NCBI GenBank assembly: GCA_051362555.1
Contig: CM120642.1
Span: forward strand, 15,438,001 to 15,502,000
DNA length: 64,000 bases
Origin: Lingula anatina
Lineage: Eukaryota; Animalia; Brachiopoda
Reading direction: 5' to 3'
Positions 1 through 14,430 of the stretch are shown here, piece by piece (the first letter of the stretch is position 1; each line of letters starts with the position of its first letter). The position numbers were made by a program, and so were the translations under genes. Under the pieces are notes generated by a model that saw nothing but the letters and a program-made list of their open reading frames with translations, made no database searches and had not been told where the DNA came from.

Positions 1-3000
1 GTGATGGCAAACTTAAACGCATGCTGGAAGATAATTTCGTTCTTGCCCATTCCACTTTCTGACTGAAATAGAAAAAGTTCATGTGGTGTTATTGTATGAA
101 ATGTCAGATTTTTTTTTTTTTTACCTGACACCTTTTTTTAACTTTATTCAGTCCTTCAGTTTAATCACACATAAAATGAATTTCAGGTACTTATCTTGCA
201 ATGCTCTCAATATACATCATAGTAACACTTATTTTAAGGGATTTTTTTATCATTTGTGAAAAATTGCATAACAAAAAAAGACTAATTTCTTTTTTTTTTC
301 TTTACTGTGAATTATTACACACATGTTCACATATATCAAGCACAGAAAAAAAAAAACAAAGCCTTACTTTCCAATGAATGTCCAACTGGTTATAAGTGGC
401 ATAGCCCACTATAACCCATACTACAGCTGTGAGGAGAGAGATGGTGCAAACCCCAGGGACAAAATAGCCAGCTATGGTGTCTGCCACTGCCTGGAGAGGA
501 GCCTGGATGAAAATTTTAAAAACAATTGTTTGATAAAACCACTGTAAATAGGGCATACTTATGACATGCCCCGGCTCAATGTTATGATATAGCACTGAAA
601 GGTGCAGATGCATTAAAATTTTCTATGTGAAGTATCCTTTCTTATAAAAGTATAAGCAATGAATATTCAATTCAGTTGAACCATACAAAAGATTCTTTAA
701 ATAAAAAAATACGAGAGCATTGTAAAGTGGTAGAAATAAAACCAAATTTCTGTTCACTTTATGAATGTGACCTACTTTGGATGTTTGAGCTTCTTCCACA
801 AGCCTGACTATTTGAGCAAGAGCACTGTCTGCCCCCACATGTGTAGCTTCCACCAACAGAGTGCCATTCTGGTTGATAGATCCTCCAATCACAGAAGAAC
901 CTGTCATTTGATCAATAACAGAATAGGTTAGTACATATTAATTAAGGTACTTTCAAACTTAAAGTCAAAATTAGTTCAGAATTCCAACAAGTACATCCTT
1001 GTTTGTATTTCTTTACAAATTTAACCAATTTCTTCATCAGCTAACAATTAAAAGCTTAGAGTCATTCACCATCACCATCAAAAATGTATATCACATGGTA
1101 ATATCTGGCTCACTGTTCCTTATACTGAGTAGAAGATGCTCTGATCTAAAGGAAAAACCCACCTTTTTTCTTCTCCACGGGCATGGACTCTCCTGTGATT
1201 AGAGATTCATCACACATGGAGTGGCCCTCGGTCACTTTACCATCCACTGGGATCTTCTCTCCAGGTAGGACCTAGAGATGATAAATATCAAGTGTGATAA
1301 CAAGAATTCATCATCATACAGATAGTTTTTTAAGTTTGTGACATCCTATGGACTTTATTCCAGGAAAAACCTACTAGATATGATAAATAAATTGTGTTAT
1401 GGTACAGACCAAAATAAATTGAATGTTACATCACTGCTTTTAAGTATTTTTTATCTGTAATACATCAGATTGCAGGTAAACTGTTTGTGAATAGCAGCCA
1501 GAAACAAAAGTATGACTTTATTACATTTACTATATTACAATCCCATAGGCACAATCTTGAATTTTTATAGCCAGGTGGATAGTTTTCACTAATCAAAACT
1601 TTGAAACAAATCAATGACAAACTGGTTTAATTCACTAGATCAAAATGGAGTATGTTTCCCATTTGACTAAAATCCATGAGATGAAGGCAAGTCCAGTGTG
1701 TTCCCTCACCTTGAGAATATCTCCCCTGTGAACTAAGTCCACACTGATCCTCTGTTCCTTGATCACCTGGCCATTCTTGTCACACTCCAGCAGTAAAGCC
1801 TCACTGGCCTGCAGAGACATCAGCTTGGTCAGAGCCTCTGACGTCTTGCCCTAAAGTTGAGATAGAAATTATGCAAATTTTGAACATTTGTGTATATATC
1901 CATAATGGTCCTCTGTTATCATTAATTTACTATTACTTTGGAAGCTACATCTGTTTCATGTATTATTTTCTGTGATGCACTATATTCAGTCACTTTGCAA
2001 AAGAAAGTTTATTTTCATTTAATCAAAAACCATATTCAGTCATTATCTACTTACCTTTGCTATATGTTCAAGCCACCGTCCCAATGATATAAACACCATT
2101 AACATAGGTGTGGTCTCAAAGAATGTACGTGGACTCGTGGACTCTTGCATCACCATGGCAACAGCCACAACAATGACTGAGTAAACATATGATATTGTGG
2201 TTGCCATGACAATAAGGACATCCATATTGGTGGATCTGTGTTTCAAAGCTTTGTAGGCTTGGATATAAAAATATCTACCACCAATAAACTGAAAGAGATC
2301 CAATAAGTTTTAAGTTAGGAAACAATGTCTATAATATTTCAAAATCAAATTTCTGAATCATTAAAAAATATATAAACATATGAGAGAAATTAATATGGCT
2401 ATCAGTGGCAGATTAAGAGGGGGGTCCCGATGTATCTGCCCCCCCCCCCTCCAAAAAAAAAAAATACACCTGGATCTGCCCCTGGGTAAATTTTTAACTA
2501 TATAAACAATTCCTGAACAATGAACTTCTCCTGGATTTCAAACAAAACTTTATCCAGTCTCATCTTGATATGTTTTAGCATAGTATAAAATGTAGCAATA
2601 CCTGTACAGGAGTTGCCAGTAAAAATAGAATCAAGTTCTCCACAGACAGTCCTGCTGTCACCATGGGGACACCTGGCGAGGAATCAGCTGTATCATTACT
2701 GCCACCTGCTGCCATCTGGTGACCAGGCATGTGCATATAAGCAAACATGAAGTACATCATGACCACCATACAAGGTACACCAAGTATGAGGGAAAACAGG
2801 AATGAATTTCTCCACCTAGAATTATAAGTATCAATTAAACATTTAGAGTTTTTTTTACAATGATATATAAAATCAGTACATGCCAGGTTTAAGATCCGAC
2901 ATAACTTACTAAATGTTCAGTGCCAAAACAATGTACCTTATTGCTTGTATATGTCATCTTGCCAATGTGGCAAATATTCAAGATGGCAGTTGTGCATCAC

Positions 3001-6000
3001 ATTCCAGCTTGAGCACTTTTTGACATTAAGCTCTATTTATTCAAATAAATATGCTCACTAGAAACACCAAATTACATAACTGATTTAACTGATGTTCAAA
3101 TGAATAAAATACTTGTCAGTTAATCCTAATTTTTAAAAATTCTAAATTTGTCTAGTTCAAATATATACTTTTTGCCTTTTTTATAATACTTGAAACTGAG
3201 AGCAGCTGAGACGCTACTCTAAAACATGATTAAACATGACAATGCCACTTACTGCCTGGTAGTTTTCCTGTGTTCATGTGCAGCAGAATTCTTGGAATTA
3301 TCTGTGACCAGGGAAGCCTCATATCCCATATCCTAAAAAATTGATTAGTACTAAGTTTAACTTAATACAGAAAACTCAATAGCAGTCATGATTTATTTGG
3401 TTCAAACATACAATTTTTGATGTCACCAGCCACTGAGATCCTGGGCTCTTTTAGCATTTTTCCTTCTTTTTTTTTGTTCTATTGTTTAAAATTTATTAAC
3501 AGCCTATTTACAATTTTGAAGCTAAAATATTACTGAAAGGGTTTAATATGACTTTATCTCTAATAAAAACATCTAACAAAAGACAGAATTACCCTTATTT
3601 CATTCATAATATCTCTTGGTCCTGTATTTTCTGGGTCAAACTCAAAGCGCCCCCTATTGGTTGCCAGGGAAACTATGGCAGATTTGATACCTGGTTGTTT
3701 CACCATATGGGACTCTATACGGTGGACACAGGATGAACATGTCATACCACCAATCTGGAAAAGAGTGATATATTCATAAAACAAGAAAGATCTAGGCTCA
3801 TACTGCTACATAACAATATAATTGATAAAGATTCTTTACATTGGTTGAAGAAAATAAAGGACTAATTAACTTTTAACTGATGTTCTTGCTTGAAAATTGC
3901 TATTTTATAAATTCATTTGCTATTTGGATGAAATATAATGTAAATGTTAGGATGGCCCTAGAGGAGCAGTGATACCTACAGCATTTGCCTAGAAATTATT
4001 TCCTGTGAATACTTAAGGTACATACAGCCCTATATTACACAGAATAAACAATAACTGAACTATCCTGAAACATCCTTGCTGACACCAGAAAAGCCTGAAA
4101 GCCATCACCAAATGACCCAGATTAGGTGACACTATTACAGAGCATCTTAGAATCATAAATCTAATGTAAAGCAATATGCCTGTATGATGATGTCAGCTGG
4201 TCTTATTAAAGGTTCATGTGAGTCTTGATGTGAACACATCGTCAGGCTAAAAATTATATGTCACTATTTTCAACATAAAAGTGCATTCATATAATTTTTG
4301 CCTTTCACAAAAACATGCAGGTAGTTTTATATATCTCCAATAGAATAAGGATTACCATAATAATGTACACATCTCTCTGTCACTCTAATCTGCAGGTACA
4401 TGGGGCTGATTACATTACTTGTCTTCATTATGCCAATTTTGTTTCCTTGAATCTATTTTACATTTTGTTCCTTTTTTCATGATGTGACAGATATGGCAAA
4501 TAATGATGCCAAAGCTTTTTGTCTTCACAAAGGCACAATAAACCGACTTTGAGTTCTTGGTGTGTGCGCATTATTAAATGTATTTCTCTATTTCCTAAAT
4601 ATTACTATAATTATATTATACCTGGATTTCAAGGTGCCCATCACCTGTTCCTTCATTCTCGATCAGCATGGCGGGGTAGCCCAGTTCTGTGACCAGGGTA
4701 GCAATCTGGGAGGGCATCATGTAGGCAGGATCATACTTCACTTCTGCTTTCTGGGCCATCAAAGCCACCAACACTGAAGAAATACCTGGAAATCACAAAA
4801 TTCAAACTGATCTGTATGAATCCATCACATACTATGTTCATCTTAATTTCATCTTAATTTTGTGAGGGTAGTATTCATTTTAACACCTTTTCCCTGAGAA
4901 AGAACTCTTAAAGAAATCAATAGGCTTCTTAAGATAAGAAACAACATTGAAACCTAAACAAACCTCGGTCAGCGTATGGCCAGCCATCGTAGGATCTCTT
5001 TGTGGTACACACTAAAGTAGCACTCATTTAAGTACAACTGTATTCCTCTAAATGTAGAAATTGTGACTCTTGTATCAATGAACGCTGACACTTTCCAGTT
5101 TTCCTTCTTTCAGATATCAAGACAAGGATAATGGAACCATTAATAATTCAATGCTGGTTTTTAAAAAATGAAATGGAACCTGCTTTAAGTCACGTTTTCA
5201 TATCCTCTAGTGGTATACAGTGTGAAATAATAAAGGTTTCTCCTTGAAAAGTTTAGGCATACTATATATCTACCAATACATCATTCATTCTTCCTCCTGC
5301 CATTTAAGGTAAGTCTTAAAGAGAACTGAAATTCAGTTTGACATTTATTGTCATGTTACCAGCAGTTTGCTAAGCCTAAATATACTAATTCGATGTACGA
5401 CTGCTTAAATGTCTTGAAATCCATAGTTTGGAAACATTGTGATTTCCATCATAAATGCAGGCAAATTATCCCTGCAATCAACTTGCCCACAACGAGAAAT
5501 TTATCCTCCCACACAAGTTTATTGAAATATTAGGACTACACATGATGGCACAAAATTGTGGTTTATTTTCCACTGCCAGTAAATTGGGCTATTTATTAGC
5601 CAAACTCAAGAAAAAAATAACATTTTCCTGAATTAGTGAATAGAAAATCAAATATCCCAGAAATGGATGGAGGGCGTCTTCTGGGTCATCAAGAAGATGG
5701 TCAGAATGTTTTAAGTTTAAATTGACGAGCATCTAATTTTTTTCTGTTGGAGGATGGACACAAATGGACGATGGACCAACAAAGCTAATTTTCAAGACTG
5801 TCATAAAATATCTCTGAATCTTCTCCTGTATCTCATATATCTTACAATTGAGAAGTTAAATGATTTAAAAAGAGAAATATCATGTTAAAAGGCTAAAAAA
5901 TTACTTAAGTCATTGCCAATCGAGAAATGATACCACATTGCCAAAATCAACAAATACTAACCAGGCACTTTCAGTAAGTTCCTCTCAATATTAGCCACAC

Positions 6001-9000
6001 AAGAAGCACAGGTCATTCCAGACACATGGAGGTGGCATTTCTCCAGGTCATCCTCTTCCACTGTGTCCACCTTCCTTTGTAGGACCATGCCATGGTTGGT
6101 CTTGGGTAGATGGCCGCGTGAAGGCGTGGACTTCACTGGCCCTGCACTGCCGTTCATTATCACGGTGGTTTCTGGTGGGAATTTGGTCTCGTCTGAAAGA
6201 TTTATACTGAGTTTTCAGCAGAGCTGGTAAAATATCACCCAATGTGTATGTGGGAGAGATTTTTGACAGAAAATGATTGAAAAGTAAACTTGTAAATATC
6301 GAAATAAAAATATAGACACAAGTATATAAGATACAGGGGTAAAAGCTAGGTTTCACAGTTATAAAAGAGGGTAGGCATAAAAAATGTTAACTTGGTATTA
6401 AAAATATCATATGCTGAAGTGATACATCTTATCTACCAAGCACTGTTCAAATGCTGTGGATAATATTCACATAAAAAAATTCAGTGGCAGCATAAACAAA
6501 TCCAAAATTAACTTTTTATGACCAAAACAGCAAGACTATCACACTGTATAATCTAATCACTGCCTGTATCACCCACCTGTGATGCATGCATCAAAGCCCA
6601 TATCATCTATGGCGTCTCGCAGCTGCTGGGGTGACGTGACGTCAGGATCATATTGGATAACTCCCTGCTCTTCCTGCAGAGACACTTTTATAGATCTCAC
6701 CCCTGGTTTCTCAGAAATCACTTCCTGGATTGTCTTCACACAGGAATTGCATGTCATTCCTTTGATGGAGATGACAGTTGTGCTGATAGTGGAGGGCACC
6801 TTAGGAATGGCTGCAGCATGGACTACAGAATCATAGCCCATGTCACTGATTCTCTCGGCCACAGTGGTGGGGGACCAGAGGGCGGGATCATACTGCACTG
6901 TACCCCTTTTCTCTTCCAGAGAAACACTGACTTGTGCGATCCCCTTCTCATCAGAAAGAGTACCCTCGATGTTCTTAACACAAGACATACAGGTCATCCC
7001 TTCAATATCAACCATACACTTGGCTAGAGTGCCATCTGGGGGAGATTTTGTGGGAGCACTTCTACTGGCTATTTCATCAAACTCATCCTGTTGGTCAGCC
7101 ACATTGCAGTCGAAACCCATATCAGATATTCTATCCGCCACTGCCTGGGCAGTAACAATGCTGGAGTCAAAAGTAACATCAGCAGATTTGGTCTCCAAAG
7201 TCACCTTGATAGTTTTCACTCCTGGGAATTCACCGATAACCCCTTCAATGTTCTTAACGCACGACTGACAAGTCATCCCCTCAATGTGTAACCTACATTT
7301 GCCAAAGTCAGCATGGCTTCTTGTCTTAGCGAGTTCATGAAATTCATCAAAAGATGTTGAGGATCCATTGCTGGGAAGTGTTGCCTCAAACCCCATGTCA
7401 TTGATTTGATCTCGTAACATCTGTGCTGTAACAACGGAGGGGTCATACGTGATATTGGCCTCTTTTCTCTCCAGGGAAACTTGAATGTGCCTCACTCCCG
7501 GTTTGCTGGACATGTTCCCTTCAATATTCTTGACACAAGACTGGCAGGTCATGCCCTCTACTCCAATTTTCACATTCGCCGTCTGCTTCGGTTTTTCCAG
7601 AAAAGCCTCAAAACCCATATCGTCGATGTGTTCACGTAGAGTTCTTGGATTGGTCTGAGAGGGGTCATACCTTATGCTCGCCTGTTTCTGTGATAATGAT
7701 ACCTTGATCTGCTTGACCCCTGACCTCATGCTGATGGCGCCCTCTATGTTTTTGACACAAGACTGACAGGTCATTCCCTCTATGTAGATTGTCACTTCCT
7801 GGGGGGAGGACCCAGGGGACTTAACTTTGGCTTCAAAACCCATGTCATCTATTCCCTCAGCAATCTTCTCAGCAGTGGTAACGGTGCGATCAAAGTTAAC
7901 AACACCTTCCTGGTTTTCTAGAGAAACCTGTTTAAAAAAGGGAAATTTTAATTATTTTTTCTGTCTTTTTATATTTTCACATATATCTACATGACATCTA
8001 CAACTGTCATATATGAATATCAAACATTCATCCATCACTTACACTTTTAAGCAAATGATATCATTTTCACGTAATCAATGATAACTTAAACTTGGCAAAA
8101 AAGAACATTCCACATTTTCTTTTTAGTACTAAAACATCTTAAAGCAAACATATGAACCTAGATCTTAACCAGATGCACATGAAGTAACTCGGAAGCAATG
8201 ATAACATTCATGAAATCAATATTCAGACAAGTCTTTTGCATTTTTTCACCACTGCCAGTCCAGTCTAAGTCCACAGAACTATGATTTCTTACAAGCTGCT
8301 CCTTGATAAATCTCATCACTTTGAGCTAAAACTATGGTCAGCATTTACCCACTGTTACTCCCTGCACTATATTTCAGGCACATGTTTACCACTTTAAGAA
8401 CCATAGAACCAAACAGGATCTTGAAGCTGTACAGGGTAAAACAATTTTTTTCAAACAGTAACTTCCAACTGGAATGGCTTTCAAGCAACATATGGTAGTG
8501 AATAACAATAAACTACTCTGCAAAGTCAGCCCGTATATATGGTATTATGAAGTCAATAATTATAATTATGTATCTCTTGTTTGTCCGACAGAATGCTGGT
8601 AACTTAAGGCTTCTATGCTAACATTTATACGCTGAGAGGCTTGCATTTTAAACTCTAGTTACGTAGGACTGAACAAAACTGACCTAACTGTTAAAGGGCA
8701 TCAAGTCATTTTATGCCAATTCATGGAAGGTCTTAACTGTGCTTAATATCATAAAATGTTACTAATCAAAGGAATGTCACTTCCCGTATTTTGGTAGAAA
8801 TCAATACAACCTGAGATAAATCTCTTCTCAACATATATATTTACTCTAGCAATTATTTCTTTTTTTTTCATCTTGACCCAGCAGGGCTCAAACCAGAAAA
8901 AAATCTTTAAAGGCAAGCAGTTGAATAACACAAACCACATTATAAAAATTGTCAACGATAAATTTAGTAGAAAAAAATTCAATATCTGAAAATTCCTTTA

Positions 9001-12000
9001 GAAATATATCTCATACCGTTTTGTTTTTGATTAAACTTTTTTCTGCTAAGCTATTTTTCAAGCACCTGACACAGACTCAAGTCAAGGACTATCATGTACA
9101 TCCTAAAAAAGTTCTGAAGAGGAAACCAGGATATTAATAATGTGAAAATAAGGAAGTGGAAATGTCCTCATATCAAATCAAGTATCTTACAAGCAATCAA
9201 ATAAATGAACACAAATCCTTGTGTGTTTACCAACAATACCCACACCTACAATATCTTTACTTGTCCATGATCAAGAATATATCTCACCCCCCTCCTGTTC
9301 AGCAGTCACATGTAAATTATGATAAGTTATCGTGTAATAAAACAAAGTCCAAAGATATCAGGTTTGTTAAAACCCTCCACCCAGTGAACAATCTACTTAG
9401 AATATTTTCAATCAATATCAATTAAACGAATATCAATTAATCACAGATTTTAAATTTGAGATGTATAACGTTACGATAACAGGTTTATAGACCCTCTTGT
9501 CTTGCTACCTTTCTCACATCTGAAGTATCCTGTATTCCAACATTTCCGTGTCCTATATCAAACACCCTTTCACTAGTGAAATTGTGGAAGTAAATTTCTA
9601 TAGATGTTATCAAATTTGAAATCAGGATATTAAAATAATCATCTGGTTAATCTGGGTAAATATATATTATGACATTCCTAAATATCTGGGATACTAGGTT
9701 AGCAAAAAGGTATGATCTAGATCAATCTCACCACTGTATATCATATCTTCTCCAAGAAAAAGCTCTTACTTCATGTTACTTTGCTAGCATTGTCACCATA
9801 TGTCTGCAGCAAGCCAGCGCCATGTTCATGTCAACAGCACCTCCTAACAACACTAACATCGACAAAACAAAAATCTCTACCCTCATCTGTCTGCAACATC
9901 TGTCATCAAGTTTTTAACAATAACCTATCACTGCAAATACAAGGTTATATCTGGGTTCCCATAATTTTTTTAATTAAAAAATTTAAAAAACAAGCAGGCA
10001 GTGATGAAATATACTGTACACCTGCATAAGTAGACTTGATTTACATTTAATTTTGGCCATGAAAATGTTTTTAAAAAAATTAGTCAAATTGCATACAGCT
10101 TACTTAGTATAGGCCCTTACATTCTATTTTCTAAAGATTTTAGAAGAGAAACTCAAACCATTTTATTCTCTTCCATAAGATATGAAAAATAAGGAAGTTT
10201 TACAGAGGGAAAAAGATGTAACACAGGGAATCATCAATGTACTGTAAAAACACCTAAACTAAATTGAATAATTTATATCAACACATACAACATCAGTTTA
10301 AATAACTGCATAGCATATATTATAAATCGTGCTTAAAAGTACTAATACAGATGTTCATGCACAGTTAAACAGTCAAGTTTTTATGTCAAACCAGTTCAGT
10401 TTCTATGAACAGATAAATCATATTGAATAAATGTACATCTGCCAAAATGCAAACTTATCACACAGTTTACCTAAGTAATTCTCTGAAGTCCTCCATATGC
10501 TGAACCGTTTCCTCCTTTCACCTTTGATTGCATACACACAGTTGTTATAATTTCCACACAAAGTTTAAATACTTGAACTAAAACATTTGTTGAGGCTTTA
10601 TCACTGTAAATCCCATCTGAAGACACAAACACGTACTGTCTAGCCAATGTCTTTTTCTGAACTGACACAGAATATAAGATAGTATATAAGATACTGGCCT
10701 TCTATCTGGTCCATATCTTTCCAGCTGTAGACGTTACCGGTCATGGTCATATCGTGATAGTAATATCTATAGATCCATCTATATTCTTCTACAGTGAGGA
10801 TAAGAAGTGCAAAGATGCATTCAGCAGCCCTTTAAACTACCCTGTTTTTTAGACTAAATACAGGAGGAAGATTATATGTTGTCATCCACATGACGTGAGA
10901 CCAGTACAGTGAACAAGGAGCAGGTGGGAATGTTCACTGAGAGACAACATATAATTAAGTTCCTTAGCATGGCACAAATATTAAATATGTTTTAAAAGAC
11001 CACTTTCTATCACACTTTAATTAAAATGAGATAAATATCCATGGTTCCTAGATCTTGAATCCATTTAAAAGTTTGTTAATGAGAATCACTTTGAAACAAG
11101 TTTTTTTAAACACCTACATTTGATTCTTTCTTTTCATTCTTCACAAAAAAAAAATCTACTAGTAACTGTTTCAAAATATATAACTCAACAATGCTCAACA
11201 TAAGACTAAGCTTTGTAACAAGAGCAACATTGTTTCAACTTCCAAATTAAGGGATTTTCATCACCAATTAACTTTGCTAAAAAGGTTCGAGACCAGTTGT
11301 AAATGTTTGAGAACAGTGCTGGGTACAGCGTGAGAGGTCAAGAAGTGGATCAGTTTGTCTTACATGTGTTAAAAGTCACAGATATCTTGACTTTGGAAAT
11401 AAAACGACTTAGATTTGGCATCATAAAATACCTAAGTATGTGCTTAAAACAAGGTCAGATGCTTCTGATAATATTTGCCCATATATATATAATAAAATGA
11501 GAGAGACACTCAAAAACCTGAGGGCATAACAAGATAAGCGAGATAGTCAGCCAACCCAAGCGCTTAAGTCACACTTAAAAGACTGAATTGCGTCAAACCC
11601 ATAAATGAGGGCAACCTGTCGTCAGCAGGGCAATTCAAAGCTTTATCGTCCTTCCTGCATTATGTTGTTAGAAATACGGGACAGACAATTTCATTCTTGA
11701 TTAAGCACATCATCATGAGAATACTGGGTCTAGATTGCATACAGGGATTGCATAGAGACAGCTGTGTGTGAATTTACCCTTTATTAATTTCAATTGAAAA
11801 TTGGTCCAACTTTTGTCTTTTGGTCAATGATTACCCAAGATAGTCTGCTTTCCAGTTTAAATGGAATTTCTGTTTACTTGTAAACAACCCAAGAGTGCCT
11901 TCTCCTGCATTTCAAAACCAGCACAGAGGTAAAATCTGACAACTTATCATCATTTTCAAATGCAAGGACACGTCTCTCTTTTTTGGACCATTGCTCCTTC

Positions 12001-12504
12001 ACTGCTCTTTGAACTCAACAATGTTCAACATAAGACTAGGCTTTGTAACAAGAGCAATATAGTACTAGTACTAGTAAAAAGCGTTTACTAGTTATCATTT
12101 ACTATTAGTTATCATGATCATTCAAAGTGAAAGTGAAACAGACCTGAAACAACACTGCTAATTAAAAAAAATACAAGAAAACCTGCGTTCATATGACTCC
12201 TTGTAAGTTAACAACGATTTACAACAAATACATTTTTCTATTTTCTACATCAACAGTAATGGCAGCCTGCTTAATTTTTAACATAACAATGAAATATAAA
12301 TCTATAACAACTGGTACATCACATGTTAGCTTATGTGCAACACATACCCACTTTTAGATAAAATTCAATATTGATATAATTATACTTGATAAACGATACC
12401 TCAATTGCGGATATTCCAGGGAATGCTGCCATGTTCACTTCTATATTTTTCACACAAGACTGGCAAGTCATGCCTTGGATACTGATCACTGCTTCACTCA
12501 TCAT
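1..12504 (-). CDS. ATP7A: Copper-transporting P1B-type ATPase (ATP7A/ATP7B-like), 5' portion; gene continues beyond position 1
   Basis: Exons in transcript order: 12504-12400 ([17 protein letters not shown]), 7927-6577, 6192-5962, 4785-4622, 3754-3593, 3332-3253, 2815-2602, 2288-2055, 1850-1710, 1271-1163, 900-776, 502-368, 62-1. All introns are GT-AG and the frame stays open. Eight GMTCxxC HMA motifs; TM motifs [30 protein letters not shown]; actuator-domain PGEKIPVDG...[12 protein letters not shown]; [11 protein letters not shown]. Invertebrates usually have one ATP7, so the A/B label is nominal. Confidence 0.97.
2403..2484. mobile_element. Tiny hAT-like MITE
   Basis: Imperfect terminal inverted repeats CAGTGGCAGAT ... 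ATCTGCCCCTG around G and C runs; no clear target-site duplication. Confidence 0.45.
5663..5828 (-). mobile_element. ~165-bp interspersed repeat (hAT-like MITE family), copy 1
   Basis: Reverse-complement similarity to 23657-23824 and 26136-26302 (shared GACAGTCTT...CAACAGAAAAA.TAGATGC...GAAGACCCAGAAGA). Confidence 0.65.
11182..12057 (+). repeat. 46-bp direct repeat pair 830 bp apart in ATP7 intron
   Basis: AACTCAACAATGYTCAACATAAGACTARGCTTTGTAACAAGAGCAA at 11182-11227 and 12012-12057, with 2 mismatches. Confidence 0.85.
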
Positions 12505-13358
12505 CTTGCTTCTTAAAAAACAAAATTAACATTTTTGTTATTTACTTGTTATTTACTTTTTTAGAGTCCAGCAACACAATCCCCCCGCTCTCTTTCTTTC
12601 TCTCTCTCTCCTTCTCTCTCTTTTTTTCTCTCTCATTCACACAAACACACACACTGCACAATTATAATAATCTTCTTTTTCTATTACACTGAGATTTCAA
12701 AGCATCAAGGGTAGGTTTTAAACTATATAATATTATTTTTTATCTTAAATCACGCCCTACCCCTAATACATTTTTATAACAACAACCACTTACATTTCGT
12801 CTCTGCCTACATGCATCTAAAACAGTCTTATCAGAAATATGATTTGAAAATTATCCACATTCATCCTATTAAAAGAGCCTCCTCTGCGGTAGTGCTAACA
12901 CTCGCCAATTTAGCCAAATGCTAAAACTTAATTAAACTAAAGAAAAAGGGCTTGATTTGACTTATTTTCGTCAAATTAAAACCATTTTGATAACAAACTG
13001 ACAAAAAAGTGGTGATTTGGCTGAGCGAAAAAAATTGCTAGTGCTACCCCAGCTGCTATTCAGACATGCTTCACAATTTTGAATATATAAGACACATGCA
13101 AGACATCTCTCCGGTATTTTGCCACACCTATTCACTTTGAAGTCACAATTAACGCATTTATTTACCATTTGAAAGTGTCAGAAAATTAATGTTTACCCCA
13201 TGGAAAACTGTTTTGTGTCCCTTTTCAAGCCAAAATGAAGAGATGACATCCCTTTAACCAGGTTGTTTAACCAATCAAGGTGACAGCCAAGAGACCACCC
13301 TTGATCCACTACTGTTTAAACTCCCCGACTTCCTAACTCTACAAGAAAGGCCCTTTCC

Positions 13359-13363
<5 letters not shown>

Positions 13364-13412
<49 letters not shown>
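13364..13412. repeat. (CT)n(CA)n compound microsatellite
   Basis: Read directly from the sequence. Confidence 0.9.
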
Positions 13413-13627
13413 ACCAGACAAAGAAAACAGGCCTAGAAACATCACACACAAAAGTAAAACGGCGTCTTACTAAAAACGACCCTATCTTTAAAATAAAATA
13501 AAATACAGAGATGACTTGCTGATATTTTTTTAGTCAAATTTTCGAAACAAATTACAAACCAATGTCCAGAAATTGAAATAGGTCAATTCTTAAGCCGTGT
13601 ACAGATGGAATTTTCAATTCTGTTTAC

Positions 13628-14180
13628 CTGATAAAGTTAGGTTTAATCCAAGTTGGAATTGAAATTCAGCATTTCTGCTTTCCACATACAACATTCGTCC
13701 CTGTAAACCATATGCAGTATGAATAAACAGCAAAAGGATGTAGACCTAAAACTGGGTCAGCGCATTTCTTCCGGTTAGTTGAAAAAATGTCATGAATGAG
13801 GAGCGAAAGGGATACAGATACTTCCTTGTTATCAAATATGATCGCGTTTTACCAGAATGATGATGCATAACTAAAAATGAACAAAAGTTGTTAAGTGTAG
13901 AGTTTCTCAGTTTAAATTTTCCCATTCATAGTTTGTAAATATATGATACACGGATTTTCCCTTACGGTTATCAACATTGAGGTCGGCACTTCCGCTAGCT
14001 GGCGAGTTACTGTGAAGGAATGACGAAACTTGGATCGCATCTGAGTTAGAATTATGATTGTCAATATAACCTGATAGGGAGGAAGTTTAGTGGGGAAGAG
14101 GGGTGCTTACAATACTGGAGGCCGGCAAAATAGTGCTATTTGGTCTGGAAGAAGTGGGACAAGCAGGTTGGATGCTACAG
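13628..14180. promoter_or_regulatory. Putative bidirectional promoter and non-coding first exons of ATP7 (-) and ALG11 (+)
   Basis: Minus-strand donor CAG|GTAAAC at 13628; plus-strand donor CAG|GTACCG at ~14180; ETS-like CTTCCGG (~13768) and CACTTCCG (~13987); locally more CpG. Both start-codon exons are preceded by splice acceptors. TSS positions are inferred. Confidence 0.5.
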
Positions 14181-14394
14181 GTACCGCCCCGTACTGTACT
14201 GTACTGTACTAATTGTAGTTCTCATTTAGTACGTGTATGAGTTAATTAATTTATGGAGTTTTCGAGACAGGACCCCGACAGGTCCTCTTTGTCAGACTAC
14301 AGAATTTGTGAGTTTAGGTTTCTGCTGTGACTTCTGTCACTCAGAGTCTCGAAACTCTTTGTAATTATAGAGCACCTGTCCTCGCCCCCCTCTC

Positions 14395-14430
<36 letters not shown>

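Noticed and set aside
10471-10668. Minus-strand ORF ending at a donor-like TAG|GTAAAC in the ATP7 intron
   Set aside because: It has an in-frame stop at the junction and no HMA similarity; at most an unsupported UTR exon.
11284-11294. B-box-like GGTTCGAGACC suggesting a tRNA or SINE
   Set aside because: No A-box and no cloverleaf can be formed around it.
7928-12399. ATP7 intron donor GTATCGTTT resembles the U12 donor GTATCCTTT
   Set aside because: It mismatches at a highly conserved position and there is no TCCTTAAC-like branch site near the acceptor; treated as an ordinary U2 intron.
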